A stretch of 64,000 nucleotides of DNA from Marsupella aquatica (lineage: Eukaryota > Plantae > Marchantiophyta): the NCBI GenBank assembly GCA_973895155.1, contig OZ316896.1, positions 22,091,722 through 22,155,721 of the forward strand, given 5' to 3'. A program made the translations under genes and the position numbers. This document shows, in pieces, positions 50,546-63,300 of the stretch (its first letter is position 1; each line of letters starts with the position of its first letter). Below the pieces are notes generated by a model. That model ran no database searches. It was not told the origin of the DNA and saw only the letters and a list, made by a program, of their open reading frames with translations.

Positions 50546-51136
50546 ATTAAAATCTTCAAGCTCCAGTCTGTTGTTTGAAACTATCCATCATGAAAAAAAC
50601 TTGGTTTCATGTAAGTGTAGAGTAGTTTGGTTTGAAAATATATTTTATGAGCCTGAATTCTCATTGTCTGAATATTAGTAAGAATGATGACAAAAATTAT
50701 CATACATGATTCATTTTGACATATATACATCTCATTGTTTTTCCATGCACAAATTTTGGTGAGACTCTAGAGTCACTGTATAGAGTCTTCACTCTAGAAG
50801 TCTAGACCCCAATCTAGCTTCTGTTTGCAATTTATTAGTAAGATGAAGAAAATTTACATAGCACACATGCAGTTACAAAGAACTTCTGGACCCTGTTTGA
50901 GCTTAAACATTCATGGGGTTGAGGGGGAGATAGGGTGATCTCAACTTGATCTTCCTCCTTGGACTAGTACGTCTTATTAAACCTCCAACATACTGACATC
51001 GCCAGCTAGCGTGAGCTGCACATCAAAATATGACATATACTATGTACGACACCCCTGCATACAGTGATAATACTAGTTTTTTCCTTTCAATCAATGAATG
51101 CAGCCACATTTTGATGTGTGATTACCAGCAGGGCTA

Positions 51137-51468
51137 TGTTGAACTAAGACGTCATTCGCAACGACCATACAACCATGACTCATTCCATGCATACGTAGTC
51201 GACACAATCTCTACGTGGTTCACCTCTTCTCCCAGGGTACGTCCACACAAACACTCAAGCTTTACTTCAAGAGTAGACGAACACACATGCTCTCTCTCTT
51301 CCTCCTGTTGCTCTGTTACAATGAGTAAGCACCACACACCAGCGGCTTACACTAGCCCTGGTATATACAAGGTCACACACGACTAATCTAACCTCAGCTA
51401 AGATCCTAACTGTGGTTAGCCTAAGTGCCGTAACCTATGAGTCACAAGACTAAGAGCAATCCTTAACA
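51137..51468 (-). repeat. 3' LTR of the copia element
   Basis: TGTTGAAC...CCTTAACA, adjacent to the PPT. Confidence 0.95.
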
Positions 51469-51672
51469 AACTCCCCCTTGACTCTAGTCTTGGGGACTGC
51501 AATTTCTGCTATCCATATGAGATACTCAGCGGGAAATTCTAGACAATCACCTAAAACCATAGGTGTCCCCCTAAAAATCATTTAAGGTTAACTAAGGGTT
51601 AACTAGAATTAAGCCGTAGCCATAACAGGATTGAGTAACCCATATACAGAAATTACATATTGTTAAGTTACT

Positions 51673-53335
51673 CTACTTGTGCTGCAAATGCAAAACTTGC
51701 AAAGTAGCACGGTGTCTTGAGTAACTCTCCAAAGGAATCACTTTGGTAAAAGCATCAGCCGGGTTGAGCTTTCCATCAATCTTGACTAGCTCAAACATTT
51801 TATCAGACACTGTTTGCCTAATAAAATGGTACCTGATGTCAATGTGTTTCACCCTACTATCCATAACCTGGTTAATAGCTAGGTGAAGCTCACTTTGGCT
51901 GTCACAATGAAGAGTCATTTTTCCATGCTCCAATCCCATCTCAGTGACCAACTTATCCAACCAAATTGCTTTCTTTGCTGCTTCTGCTGCTGCAACATAT
52001 TCTGCTTCTGTAATAGACTGAGATACACATTTCTGCAAGGTAGATCTCCAACTTATGCATCCTCTTCCAAGAGTAAACACATACCCAGTCGTTGACCTCC
52101 TTGTTTCCAGACAGCCTCCGTAGTCAGAATCTACATAGCCAACCAAAGATTTGGTTTTGTTTGATCTACTATCAAACAATAGACCATAGTCTATTGTGCC
52201 CTTAAGATACCTGAGAATCCATTTCACAGCCTCCCAATGTACCTTCCCTGGATTTGACATGAATCTACTCACTTTGCCCATTGCTAGGGCTAGATCAGGC
52301 CTGGTACATGTCATCAAATACATTAGACTGCCCACTGCCTTCTCATATGGAACCTTAGTCATCAAACCTCTCTCCACTGGATCCGTGGGGCAGAAAGCCG
52401 ATGATAACTTGAAATGTGGAGCCAAAGGAATACTTACTGGCTTACAATTTTCCATGTTGAATCTTGCAAGTACCTTTTCAGCATACTTGCCTTGATTCAA
52501 CCACAACTGTCCAGTTTCAAAGTTCCTTGTAATCTCCATACCTAAGATCCTCTTGGCTTTCCCAAGATCCTTCATTCGGAATTCAGAACTCAATTTTGCT
52601 TTGAGTTTGTCAACCTCAGTTTGATCCTTAGCCACAATCAACATGTCATCCACATAGAGCACCAGAATGAGCAAACCAAACACACCATTCTTGACTGATT
52701 TCGTATACACACAAGGGTCATACACCATCCTAGTGAATCCTTGTGCAAGCATGAAATCATCGAACCGCTTGTTCCACTGCCGAGGAGTTTGCTTCAATCC
52801 AGACAAGGACTTAAGTAACCTGCAAACTAAACTCTCTTGGCCCTTCTTCACAAAGCCCAGTGGTTGCCTCATGAAAATTTGTTCCTCCAAGGTGCCATAG
52901 AGAAAAACAGTAACAACATCCATTTGATCTAACACCAGATCAAAAAACACAACAAGTTGACACAAAATTCGTATCGTGGAATACTTGGCAACTGGAGAGA
53001 AGACCTCATTGTAATCCACTCCCTTCTCTTGAGTGAATCCCTTGGCAACAAGCCTTGCCTTGTATATCTTGTCTCCTCCATCTGAAGAGTTGTCCTTCAG
53101 CTTGTAAATCCACTTGCTATCCACCACTTGTTGATCACTTGGCAGCTGCACCAGCTCCCATGTTCTATTGTAACTTAAAGATTGCAACTCCCTCTGCATC
53201 GCTGCATTCCATTCATCTTTCTCGTCTAAAATGCACGCCTCATGATAAGAAGAAGGTTCTCCTTCTTCCAAGATCAGTGCTCTGTCATCATCATCAGGTG
53301 CAATGTCAACATCATCTAACCTTGATGAATCTGTC
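51673..53335 (-). CDS. pol: Copia pol part 2: reverse transcriptase and RNase H (frameshifted relative to integrase)
   Basis: YKARLVAKGF, QMDV, GLKQ, LYVDDML, YVDSDYGG, EAEYVA, CDSQS, KHIDIRYHF, NPADAFTK. Confidence 0.9.
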
Positions 53336-54893
53336 CATACCTTGTAGGAGCTCGAGTAGTACGTCTCGATTTTCTAGCTGATGATTCTGGTTGATCTTGT
53401 TCTGTTGGTTGAATTTGAGGTATTCCATCAACAGCCTGCTCCTCTTGTTCCATTACCGGAACCAGCTCCATTCTCGGAGCACCTCCTTCATTTAGGTCAT
53501 GAAAACTCTCATGACCAATCTCCCCCACAACATGGTCCAGGATAGGAGATTTACCTTTGTCAGTACGGGAAGCCTGAGCATTCTCCCCCTCCTTTGATGA
53601 TCTGGATTCATTAAAGGATACATCTCTACTGACAAGCAACGTACAAGCTTCTGGATCCCATAGCCTGTAACCTTTCACACCTGGTTGATAACCAAGAAAA
53701 AGACACTTCTTGGAAGTAGAATCTAGTTTAGATCGATTCTGCTTAGGTGTGAGAGCATATGCATCACTTCCAAAGACTCTCAAAACCTGATAGTCTGCGT
53801 GCCGTCCATACCTCATTTCAAACGGCGTCTTGAAATTGATTGCACTTGAAGGAGAAAGATTTACCAAATAAGCTGCCGTATTTATAGCTTCAGCCCAAAA
53901 TTCATGCGGTAAACCTGATTGGCTCAACATACTCCTTGATCGCTCCAATAGTGTTCGGTTTAGCCGCTCACAAACACCATTCTGTTGAGGAGTATAAACT
54001 GTCGTGAGATGACGAGTAATCCCTTGCTCTGCACAATATAGTTCAAATTCACTTGAACTATACTCCCCGCCGTTATCTGATCGCAGATATCTCACCTTGG
54101 AGCCAGTCTGATTCTCAATTTGGGCTTTCCACTTCTTAAAAGTGCCAAAAACTTCAGACTTGGCGTGTAGAAATGTGATCCACACATACCGTGAGTAATC
54201 ATCAATGAACGTGACATAGTACAATTTTCCAGAAAGTGAGGGAGTTGGGGCTGGACCCCACACATCACTATGTACATACTCAAGTATAGCTTTGGTATTG
54301 TGAGTTCCAACACCAAAGGTTCTCCTGTGCTGCTTCCCAAGCACACAGTGTTCACAAAAATCTAGCTTAGTAGAGTCCAAATTAGAAAGAAGTCCTTTCC
54401 TACGAAGTACCGCCAAACCCTTTTCACTCATGTGTCCCAATCTGCAGTGCCACAACTGAGTCATCTCGCATTGAGATCTAGTTACATTGGCTTCTTCACA
54501 AATCACGTTGCCCTCCAACAGGTATAGATTCCTGTGCCGCTTACCCTTCATGACAACCTTGCCTCCGGTTGACACTTGAAGAATACCATCAGTAGAACTC
54601 CACCGACATCCATTTGCTTCCAGCATTCCAAGAGAAATCAAGTTCTTTTTCATGTCAGGTATGTGTCTGACATTACTCACTGTTCGCACAGCTCCATCAA
54701 ACATCCGAATTTTCACGGATCCAATTCCAATAATTTGACAAGGATGATCATTCCCCATCAACACGGAATCGGTTGATACTGAGTAAGAACTAAAAAACTC
54801 TTTCATACAACAAATATGATAGGTACAGGCACAGTCTAAAATCCATTCATCACCGTTGTTACTGGATGAAATGCAAAGGGCAACATCTGGACT
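53316..54893 (-). CDS. pol: Copia pol part 1: protease, GAG-pre-integrase and integrase (in frame after the gag TGA)
   Basis: WILDCACTYH (protease-like), LWHCRLGH..CEHC (HHCC), HSDVWGP, RSDNGGEY, QQNGVCER, GVKGYRLWD. Confidence 0.88.
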   Translation of the reverse strand, partial: SPDVALCISSSNNGDEWILDCACTYHICCMKEFFSSYSVSTDSVLMGNDHPCQIIGIGSVKIRMFDGAVRTVSNVRHIPDMKKNLISLGMLEANGCRWSSTDGILQVSTGGKVVMKGKRHRNLYLLEGNVICEEANVTRSQCEMTQLWHCRLGHMSEKGLAVLRRKGLLSNLDSTKLDFCEHCVLGKQHRRTFGVGTHNTKAILEYVHSDVWGPAPTPSLSGKLYYVTFIDDYSRYVWITFLHAKSEVFGTFKKWKAQIENQTGSKVRYLRSDNGGEYSSSEFELYCAEQGITRHLTTVYTPQQNGVCERLNRTLLERSRSMLSQSGLPHEFWAEAINTAAYLVNLSPSSAINFKTPFEMRYGRHADYQVLRVFGSDAYALTPKQNRSKLDSTSKKCLFLGYQPGVKGYRLWDPEACTLLVSRDVSFNESRSSKEGENAQASRTDKGKSPILDHVVGEIGHESFHDLNEGGAPRMELVPVMEQEEQAVDGIPQIQPTEQDQPESSARKSRRTTRAPTRYGQIHQG

Positions 54894-55820
54894 TCACAAG
54901 ATTTCATCATCAAGCAAGTCAATCATATCAACATCAGTGGCTGCGTTCGCTGATGGTTGATGAGTCTGCTTGACTCGACAGTCTCGTTTCATGTGGCCAG
55001 GCTTGTTACATTTCCAGCATATAATTGGTTTCCTTTCTAGAGATTTCTCTCTAGACCTGGATCTAGACTTAGACCGAGCCTTCTCCTTGCCTCTATTCCG
55101 TGAGGGGTACATTTGTGAAAAGGACCTGTTTTCACCAGTCATCCGCTGTTGAGTCCTCCCGCGGTTCACATTCAATGCACTGCCAGATGAAGATGGTGTC
55201 TGGGCATGACCCAGTTTCTTCTGTGCATCATCTGACAACAAAGAGCTTACCACCTCATCATATGAAATGGTTTTGAGATCTCTATACAAGAGAACCTGCT
55301 TCAAACCTTGATATGATGGGGGTAAGGAACTGAGAAGAAGCAATGCCTTATCTTCATCTTCCACTCCCTTGCCAAGATTTGACAAATCTACAGCTAGGCT
55401 GTCGAATTCATCCAAGTGATCTCGAAGCTTGCCTCCTTCTTTTAGTCTCAAGCTCATCAAGAGAGACTTCTTGTACAATCGATCTGAGGCATCTTCTCGG
55501 TAGTACTTCTCTCTGAGGGCCTTGAATAAGGATACGCAATCCTCGTAGTCGTCCAGCTTCTTAATGATATGCGGCTTCAGATACAGCATAACCGCATTCA
55601 CAGCAATCACTTGCTCTTGCCTCCATTTCCTCAACGGGATCCCCTCCTCACTGCTAGACTCCTCCCAAGTCGATAGTAGATGATCTAGGCCCATAGCACG
55701 AAGAATTCCCTTAACTTGCTTCTCCCATAGCAAATAATCTGTGCGCCCATCATATTTTTCCACCTCAAACTTGACACCTCCAAACTTGGATGCCATCGTT
55801 GTCCTCCCAATGTTCTCCAC
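54894..55820 (-). CDS. gag: Copia gag (UBN2-like region plus CCHC knuckle)
   Basis: KFEVEKYDGRTDYLLW, ALLLLSSLPPSY, CWKCNKPGHMKRDC. Confidence 0.9.
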   Translation of the reverse strand: MENIGRTTMASKFGGVKFEVEKYDGRTDYLLWEKQVKGILRAMGLDHLLSTWEESSSEEGIPLRKWRQEQVIAVNAVMLYLKPHIIKKLDDYEDCVSLFKALREKYYREDASDRLYKKSLLMSLRLKEGGKLRDHLDEFDSLAVDLSNLGKGVEDEDKALLLLSSLPPSYQGLKQVLLYRDLKTISYDEVVSSLLSDDAQKKLGHAQTPSSSGSALNVNRGRTQQRMTGENRSFSQMYPSRNRGKEKARSKSRSRSREKSLERKPIICWKCNKPGHMKRDCRVKQTHQPSANAATDVDMIDLLDDEIL

Positions 55821-56514
55821 GTGCTATTGCTGTGCTGCTCCCTATATGCTTTTTCCTTCCTTCCTTCGCGTTGACTCAAATCCAAATCACGAAAAAATGT
55901 CGTTTTTTGTAACTTTCCAAAAAACTTGAAACTTGTCACCGCCACTTAGCCCACCAACCTAGCAAGCCAACGCTGAAATCCGAAATCGAAACCGAGTTCC
56001 GACAAAAAAAATTTCACATTTCGGTCAGGGTGGGTAAAACTCAAAAATTCTCCCCCGTTTTGACCACCTTGGGGAATAAGAAAAATTCCAAGTACCACCT
56101 GTCGTCAGAAATTCAAATCGAGTGGTGCACCGAGTTGCTAGCTTCAGTGGCTACTTTCTCGCCAAAAAAGATCCGAAAAAAGTTACCGTTCGGACCTTGG
56201 AATCTTCGACTAAAGGCCGAAAAACAGCTCTCTGTTTTTTTTCGGAATATTCCTTGGACTGTGCAACAGGTCGCACACGGGGCCGTTCCCCCTGTCCAAG
56301 CGGTTAATTTGGTGGGTCACCGGGCCCGAGATGCCGATTAACCAATGAGGAGCCTGAAAAGGATTAAAAAATCGGGCCTAAGGGGGTTTAAGCCCCTTAA
56401 CACAAAAAATACTGTCTTAAAAAAGGCGCATCCGCGTATAGGCGACGCGTGACGGGCCAGGCAGTGCACAAGTGGCCGGGAAGTAAAAAACTGAGTCGAA
56501 ATGGGCAGGGATGG

Positions 56515-56675
56515 AGCTGCTACGGCCAAGACGTCCGCACCGGCTGCAACGTCCGGGACGGCCGAGACGTCTGGGACGTCCGTGCCGGCTGCGACGTCCG
56601 CGACGGCCGCGACGTCCGGGACGGCCGTGACGTTCGGGACGGCGGCGACGTCCGGGACGTCCGCGCCGGCCGCGA
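56515..56675. repeat. GC-rich 18-bp tandem repeat (GACGTCCGGGACGGCCGC-like) in the copia 5' leader
   Basis: About 9 degenerate units; CpG-dense. Confidence 0.85.
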
Positions 56676-57538
56676 TGAGAGTATGAGCGAGGAGGAGGAG
56701 GGGGTCGCCAACGGGGTATTGACAGGGGTGCAATGGTCGCGAGGGTGTGTATACACACCACCAAAAAGGCCCTATTCTAAGGCAAAATGTGCACAGAAAA
56801 TAAATTTGTTGGGTTACTCACACTGCCATTATCACTTTACACCAGATAAAGACTAGTTGTCGACGGGAAATGTTACCGAATTGCACCGGCACCGTTTGCA
56901 ACTCTAGCAGAGTAAAAAAAAATTCCCGTCACGACTCCTTCACTCCGCGTCAAGTGTCAATCTTGGACTCAAAACGACCACTGCTCCGCGATCTCTCCGT
57001 TGAGCCGTTGCACTTCCTGTTTCTTCCTCCGAGTCGAACGCAACGACAAGTAACCCCGCTTCAGTCAAAAGAAGACTCCATAGCCAGTCAAAAAACTCAG
57101 AACGGCTCTTTTGCTTGGTACATCGCACTCACTACACCCTCGATAGCAAACCAGCTACCGAAATGATCAGCTTTACCCGATCTACGATTTGAGCTAAAGG
57201 TTGTGACGCCTCGCGCACCACAAAGCTCACACCGTCGGGAAAACGATCTCAGTTCCCCCCCAAAAGAACCGTCAAAGAAAACCGTCGAACACGAATCACA
57301 AAAAATCCAGAACAACGGAAACGTGAATTCCAGCGCACCACGAACTCCGTTCAGAGATTTCTTTGCACCGTCGGAAAGCCCTTGCCCCGATCTATCCGTT
57401 GAGCCCAACACCTCCAAGTTCCATGCGATAGATCTCCGTGAAATCCACCAACTCTAACCGCTGGAAAAACCGTCACCAACACGTCACGAAAATTTTGATC
57501 ACCTCAACGTCACCTCCCAGGCTTGCTCTGATACCAAT

Positions 57539-57870
57539 TGTTGAACTAAGATGTCATTCGCAACGACCATACAACCATGACTCATTCCATGCACACGTAG
57601 TCGACACAATCTCTACGTGGTTCACCTCTTCTCCCAGGCTACGTCCACACGAACACTCAAGCTTTACTTCAAGAGTAGACGAACACACATGCTCTCTCTC
57701 TTCCTCCTGTTGCTCTGTTACAATGAGTAAGCACCACACACCAGCGGCTTACACTAGCCCTGGTATATACAAGGTCACACACGACTAATCTAACCTCAGC
57801 TAAGATCCTAACTGTGGTTAGCCTAAATGCCGTAACCTATGAGTCACAAGACTAAGAGCAATCCTTAACA
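57539..57870 (-). repeat. 5' LTR of the copia element
   Basis: TGTTGAAC...CCTTAACA, adjacent to the PBS. Confidence 0.95.
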
Positions 57871-60393
57871 TGCTAATCATACATACAAAGTGCTCCTCTC
57901 TTTACCATCCATATCATACTATGCTTCATGACATATCATACATGCATAGGAAGTGCCTACATCTTGAGAGGAGTTTAATGGCAAATATTAGATACTCAAT
58001 AATACACTGCACAATCTAATCAATGAGAGAAAGACAAGAAAAGGGGGAGGGTTTATATCTGCACCACATAATAAAACGTGTACCTCATGTAAGCTTTATA
58101 TGAAACAAAGGTGAGAATCTCATCTCGAACGAACATAGCAAATTGCACTAGACCATCCACGCTTTCAAAGAAGGTCTTGTAATAGACGATCTCATGTCAC
58201 CGGACTCTGTACCTCCAGCATAAAGACAGAATAGACATAGCAAAGCATACCCATTAGCTCTCACAACAAATCCGACAATATTGAAATCTTGGCGATATTC
58301 GATAAGGGTAGCTCGAAGATTGTAAGTTTGATTTGACAATAAGATTGCACACAATGTTTCCATGTACCTTGAACAAACATTCATTCTAATCACAGACACT
58401 GGACAGTTAGGTCAGAAAGGAACATTTCGTTTGCTCTTCCGCTTCTTGTTGGATTGACAAGACGCTGATTCAATGTTTGGTTACTTAATTCAGCTCTACG
58501 ACATACGATAAGAGTGACGTATTACATATTACGAGTCACTAGAAATCTTTAGCTAAGATCCATTGTAGTCGTTGAACCAATAAAAGCTCTGACCATATGA
58601 AACTGAGAATCTTACGTGCTCTTATCTTTGTGTTAAAGTGCACCCACATAGTATGGAAGTTCGTTTTCTTCGAGAAACTGACAATATTGTAGTTGGTACA
58701 ATCATGGTTTTCTTATTACAATGAGTTGTAGCAAAAGAGCTTTTTAAGACGTTTTTGGCTATTTTGTCTGATTCCTGTCCAATCAGGGCTCATAAGCATA
58801 TCGAATGAAGAGGCATTGACTGAATATTTCGGGGCAAGACCGAATGAATGAATACAAGGAGACCATTGGGATTCATACCAACGGATAACCTCTGCGTGAA
58901 TCCAAAGGAAACCAAAAGCAAAAGAAAAAAGAAAAAAGACTTCTCCTAAACTGTGCTCCCTTTATCCTTCGTTGTCGTGAAAGAATTGGCCGGTGTGGCC
59001 AGTTCCTGGAAGTAACTTGCTGGCAAAATAAAATACTAACAGCTCTGAGCAAGCACATTGGGATAACATGTCGCCAGCCTTCTTAGTCCACCCTGAGTAG
59101 ACAAAGCCTGTACGAGCAGAATCAACAGAATGAAAAACTTTCCGGAGAAAGCAAGGAATTTGATGATGGCCCGCAAATTTCGCAGACTGTGGGCCAAGCA
59201 CAAGAAGTGAGAGACAATGCCTTGTGAATGGTCGACGAAAATATTGATTAGAGAGTCTACAGGTCGCCAACCGGGCCAAAGCACAGAAAGAAGCACCCCC
59301 CCACAAAAGCGAGTAAGAATTAGAAAACAAAGACAAGAGACAGATAACCTAATGAATGAGATCAAGCACAAAAAGACACATACTGCATGTGTTTCCCAGC
59401 ATAAACTTTGAAAAACCACAAGAATGGTGACAACCTTATTTCGTATGTTGACAACGATCTCGAACCCCCACACTTACTTCCTCCCTATCTGACACTCAAT
59501 TCATAAGTAACATTGACTTCTCAATTCTCTGCTGAACTGATGACAATCTCTATTTTGCTCATTAGGATATATATACTTCCTGTGATGCTACGGCCGACCG
59601 TCCCCCACAGCTAGCCCCTCCCCATCCGACACTCAATTCAGAAGCAACGCTCGGAAAGGCTTCCATCCTCACCCCTGTTCAAAGCTGTTCTTGCTGGGCC
59701 GTCATAATCTCAAAGGGAGTTCAAATTCCGTGAAACTTTACCGGTCTGACAGCAGGGAGCAGAGAGCGTAGATAGGACTTGATTCAGCACAGGCGCATCA
59801 AAAAGCAAAATCTGGCAGCAAAATTCGTTGGGTTGCTGAGAGTGAAGATCCTCCTCAGCACTGTACCGTACTTAGGCTGATCAGTCTAATGTGGAATTTG
59901 GGTGCGGTTGAGTTGAACAAGTGACTACATGTCCAGCATGCAACTCCCCGCCAGGCAAAGGCTACTGATTGAGACGCTGAAACGCAAAATTCGGGGAGAG
60001 GAATTGGAAACTCGTGATAGGTCGACGAATGGAGGGAGTGAGGTAGCTTGCGGAGTGTACTACTGGAGTTGGGCGTGGAGGAGTGTACAAGCGTTCTCAC
60101 AGGACATGACAGGTCGGAGCTTTTAACGCAGCCAGGGTTGCAATTCTTTCAGTATTCGTAAGCGATTACAAACTGAGTATTCTACAAGCTATGCAGCGAT
60201 TACAAACAGCATAAAGTTGGCGCCTTATCGAAGTCCACACCCACAAGATAAAAAGCATCAGTTCAGATGATTGGAATAGGGAAAGCTCACATTTTCTGAG
60301 ACATTCTACTAGAGCTTAAGGTTCCTGGAAACGTAATCAAGTCCAGGAACGAATCCGTTCATAAAACATGATTGATAATGTGGAATGGAAGGA

Positions 60394-63300
60394 CTAAAAC
60401 CGGTTGAGGCCAACGGTGAACTTTGAGAACACCCCGTTCCATTTGCTCGTGAAGTTGGGGCTGCTATGAGTCGAGCTCCTGCTGTATGTTTCAATCTGCG
60501 CCGTACACTCTTTAGATGCCCGCATCTGCTGACGCAGTGAGGCGCCTGAATGTGGCAGGTTCTCAAGCTCCGTGAGCACCCTCTGGACATCCTCTGGCCT
60601 CAATGGCCTAGGAGTAGCAGAGCCAGAGGTCAAAGATGACATGGAGGAAGACTGAGCCAGACTCCCTTCGTAGAGCTTTATCTCGTGCTGATACTCCTTG
60701 CGTAACTCCTCCAGTCCTCTCACCTGGTCCATCTCACCCATATTGCGCCTGTGTTTGATCATGTTCTGCAGGTATTGATCGGTGCTGTCGTTGAAGGGAG
60801 TTATAGCGTTTTCCTTGAGGAAGACTGCGAACCTTGCGCTGGCACTGCTGATCTTTTTCTTCTCGGCATCCAATTCCTCAATCTCCTGCTCGACTTTTTT
60901 CACTTTCGACTCCACAATCTCCTTTGCGGACGTCTTGTCCTCTATCTGCTTCTCAACCGACTCATCCTTCTTCCTCACCTGCACTCTGCGGCTGCTGTAC
61001 AGGATGTGTTGATGCTGGCGCCAATCGCAACGACAGCTTCCTATCTTACATTTGCCCGTCTCATCCATACAGTGGCACTGTCGCAGCGCCAGATGGCCGA
61101 CGGTGTCATGCGGGACATTCTCGAGGTAGCAGGGATCATGACATATACTGGAATACTCAGTTGCGGAATCCACGGTTCTGATGCACGAATTCGAGGTGCA
61201 AACAGTGCGGGGACGGTTGATCGGGGTCATCTCCAGCACCTCCATGTCGCGCCATAGGCAGGCTTGCAGCTGGTCCTCGTCGTTCTTGGCATCGTCAATT
61301 GTTTCGCGCTGTTGGGAGATTTTAATGATGTTGCTAGTTATGGTGTTGGCAATCTCAGCCAGGGGCCGCGCCAACAGTGTTATGAGCTTCCGTGCATCAT
61401 TTAACGACACCGTCTCTGCCACGTCGTGCGGCTCGACGTCCAAGATGGCCTGAAGAAGGCGACCTGTTTCCTCCACGGACTTGTCCCAGCTGCCGGAGTA
61501 GGCTTTGATGACATTTTGTGGAAACTGCATTCCATGTTGGATGCAAGCAAGAAGGCGAAATGACTCGCTATCAAAGTAGAACGTATTGGTTTCGTCGTAG
61601 GGAATCTGCTGACCATGTTTTTTCTTGATTCTGCTGAGCATTTCTACGATCAGACCGTGAGTATCTCCGTGCGAATAGAAAGTTGAACGACTATTGGTGT
61701 AGCAAAACATGATGTTGTTGGCGGCGTGCTTGTGCAGATTGGTCAGCAGCGAGGTTAGGCAGAACATGAACTCGGGTGTTAGCCTGGATTCGTTAGGCTT
61801 CAAAAGGATGCAGATCCCGTGCAATTGACCCACATTCCCGAGGTATTGCAAGACGTGCTCTGTGTTTTGCTTGTCCTGCTGGAAGCCTCGTACGTCGCCG
61901 ATTCCAGGTGTGTCGATGATTCGAAATTGGCGCTCACCTACTGTGAAGTAATGCGACCTGCAAGACTGAGTGCTGGACTGGCCCATATAATCCGGTTTGG
62001 TGCACGCCTCTTGAGAATCGGCTTCGCCCACTTGTACTGTTGTGGTTCCTTGCGTGAACTTGGAGGGGATCAGAACCTTCACTCCACCAGCAGTCGCGTC
62101 CTGCAGTGTACTGTATTCTAGATAATTTACAAGAGCATTGATCAATGTTGTCTTTCCCACCCCGGTCTGGCCAAGTAGGAGGATATTAATGGAGTTTGGG
62201 CCCGTGATTTTCGGCAGCTGCTCCTTGAGATCCTCCAGACTACGGAAGCAACGGTACTGACAACCATGTTGTGGATCGCAGCACTTGAATTGGCAATCCT
62301 GCAGCAACACGCCTCCGCAGTTGCAGTAGAAGTGGTCACCTGGAATATATTTCATCGGTTGGTTGCAGCTATGGCAGACCCACTGTCGACGCTCTGCACT
62401 GCATCTGGACTTAAGCGCCAATGGACAGATGAAACCGGTGACAGTGATATTCCGCGGGGGGCGACCGAATTTGTCGATGCTCGTCCAGCGGATGATGTTT
62501 TGCGTCACTGCGGAGGCTGTGTCTTTCACGACGTCGTTGGTGACAAGACGACCATTTGAATATCGGGCGATATGGACGGAGAGATTGGCTCCTGGTGCAT
62601 GAGAATGGAGCGCTACATCCACAATTACGAACTTCGGGGACATCGAGAGCGCAGTGCCAGTGGTCAAGGAACCCGCAACACCATTGTCCGTGCTCTTAAG
62701 AGCTTCGTTTCTTTCCTTTATCTTTTCCTGGAACACTGAATTTGTGTTTTGCCATTTCTCAGTACTGCGTTGTGCATCGGAGTAGTAAAGGATATAGACA
62801 TCCTGGTTGTCGTGCTGTGCCACAAAATTATCGATGGAATTGGCCTTGGGCAGGAAGTCCACATCTTTGTCTTTCATCGTCTGAAAGAAATTCATCTTGT
62901 TCGTCAAGGCGCTCTTCTTGTCTATGAAGACAGGAATTTCGTGAGCACCGTGAGGGTTCTCGTGGTACTTCCTAAGGACATCATGGAGGATAGACGTAGC
63001 ATCACCCTTTTGTCGAATCGCCAAGATAGCATGCTTCAGGCTACCTCGGAACTCCGCATCAGCAGTGTTGACCTTCTGCTGATAATGGATGCACTCTTTC
63101 AAGTCCTCTTGCGACACATGCTCGCTGAAATCTTTTACTTCTGCCACGAAGTCATGGAGGATCTGCTTCTGATGCACTATGTTGTCGACCTCTGCTTCCA
63201 CATTCCCAATGCAGGCAACATCAATATCATTCTTCAGCTTGTCCTCCTTAATAGAAGTTCCAAAGTGATCTGCCAGGCGGTCGAGTGGATATAATTCGAC

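Larger units (their letters stand above)
51137..57870 (-). mobile_element. Complete Ty1/copia LTR retrotransposon with decayed coding region
   Basis: Two 332-bp TG..CA LTRs (51137-51468, 57539-57870; 5 substitutions counted by eye). tRNA-iMet PBS TGGTATCAGAGC (57525-57536 on the minus strand) and PPT AAGGGGGAGTT next to the left LTR. Flanks are GGCTA/TGCTA (5-bp TSD with one mismatch). Domain order is gag-PR-INT-RT-RH. Confidence 0.96.

Noticed and set aside
56338-56856. Overlapping Ala/Arg/Pro-rich ORFs in several frames
   Set aside because: Explained by a GC-rich 18-bp tandem repeat that lacks stop codons.
57871-60390. Short ORFs downstream of the toxin-GTPase gene as partner or immunity genes
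   Set aside because: No motifs, splice consistency or coding-like composition that I could support.
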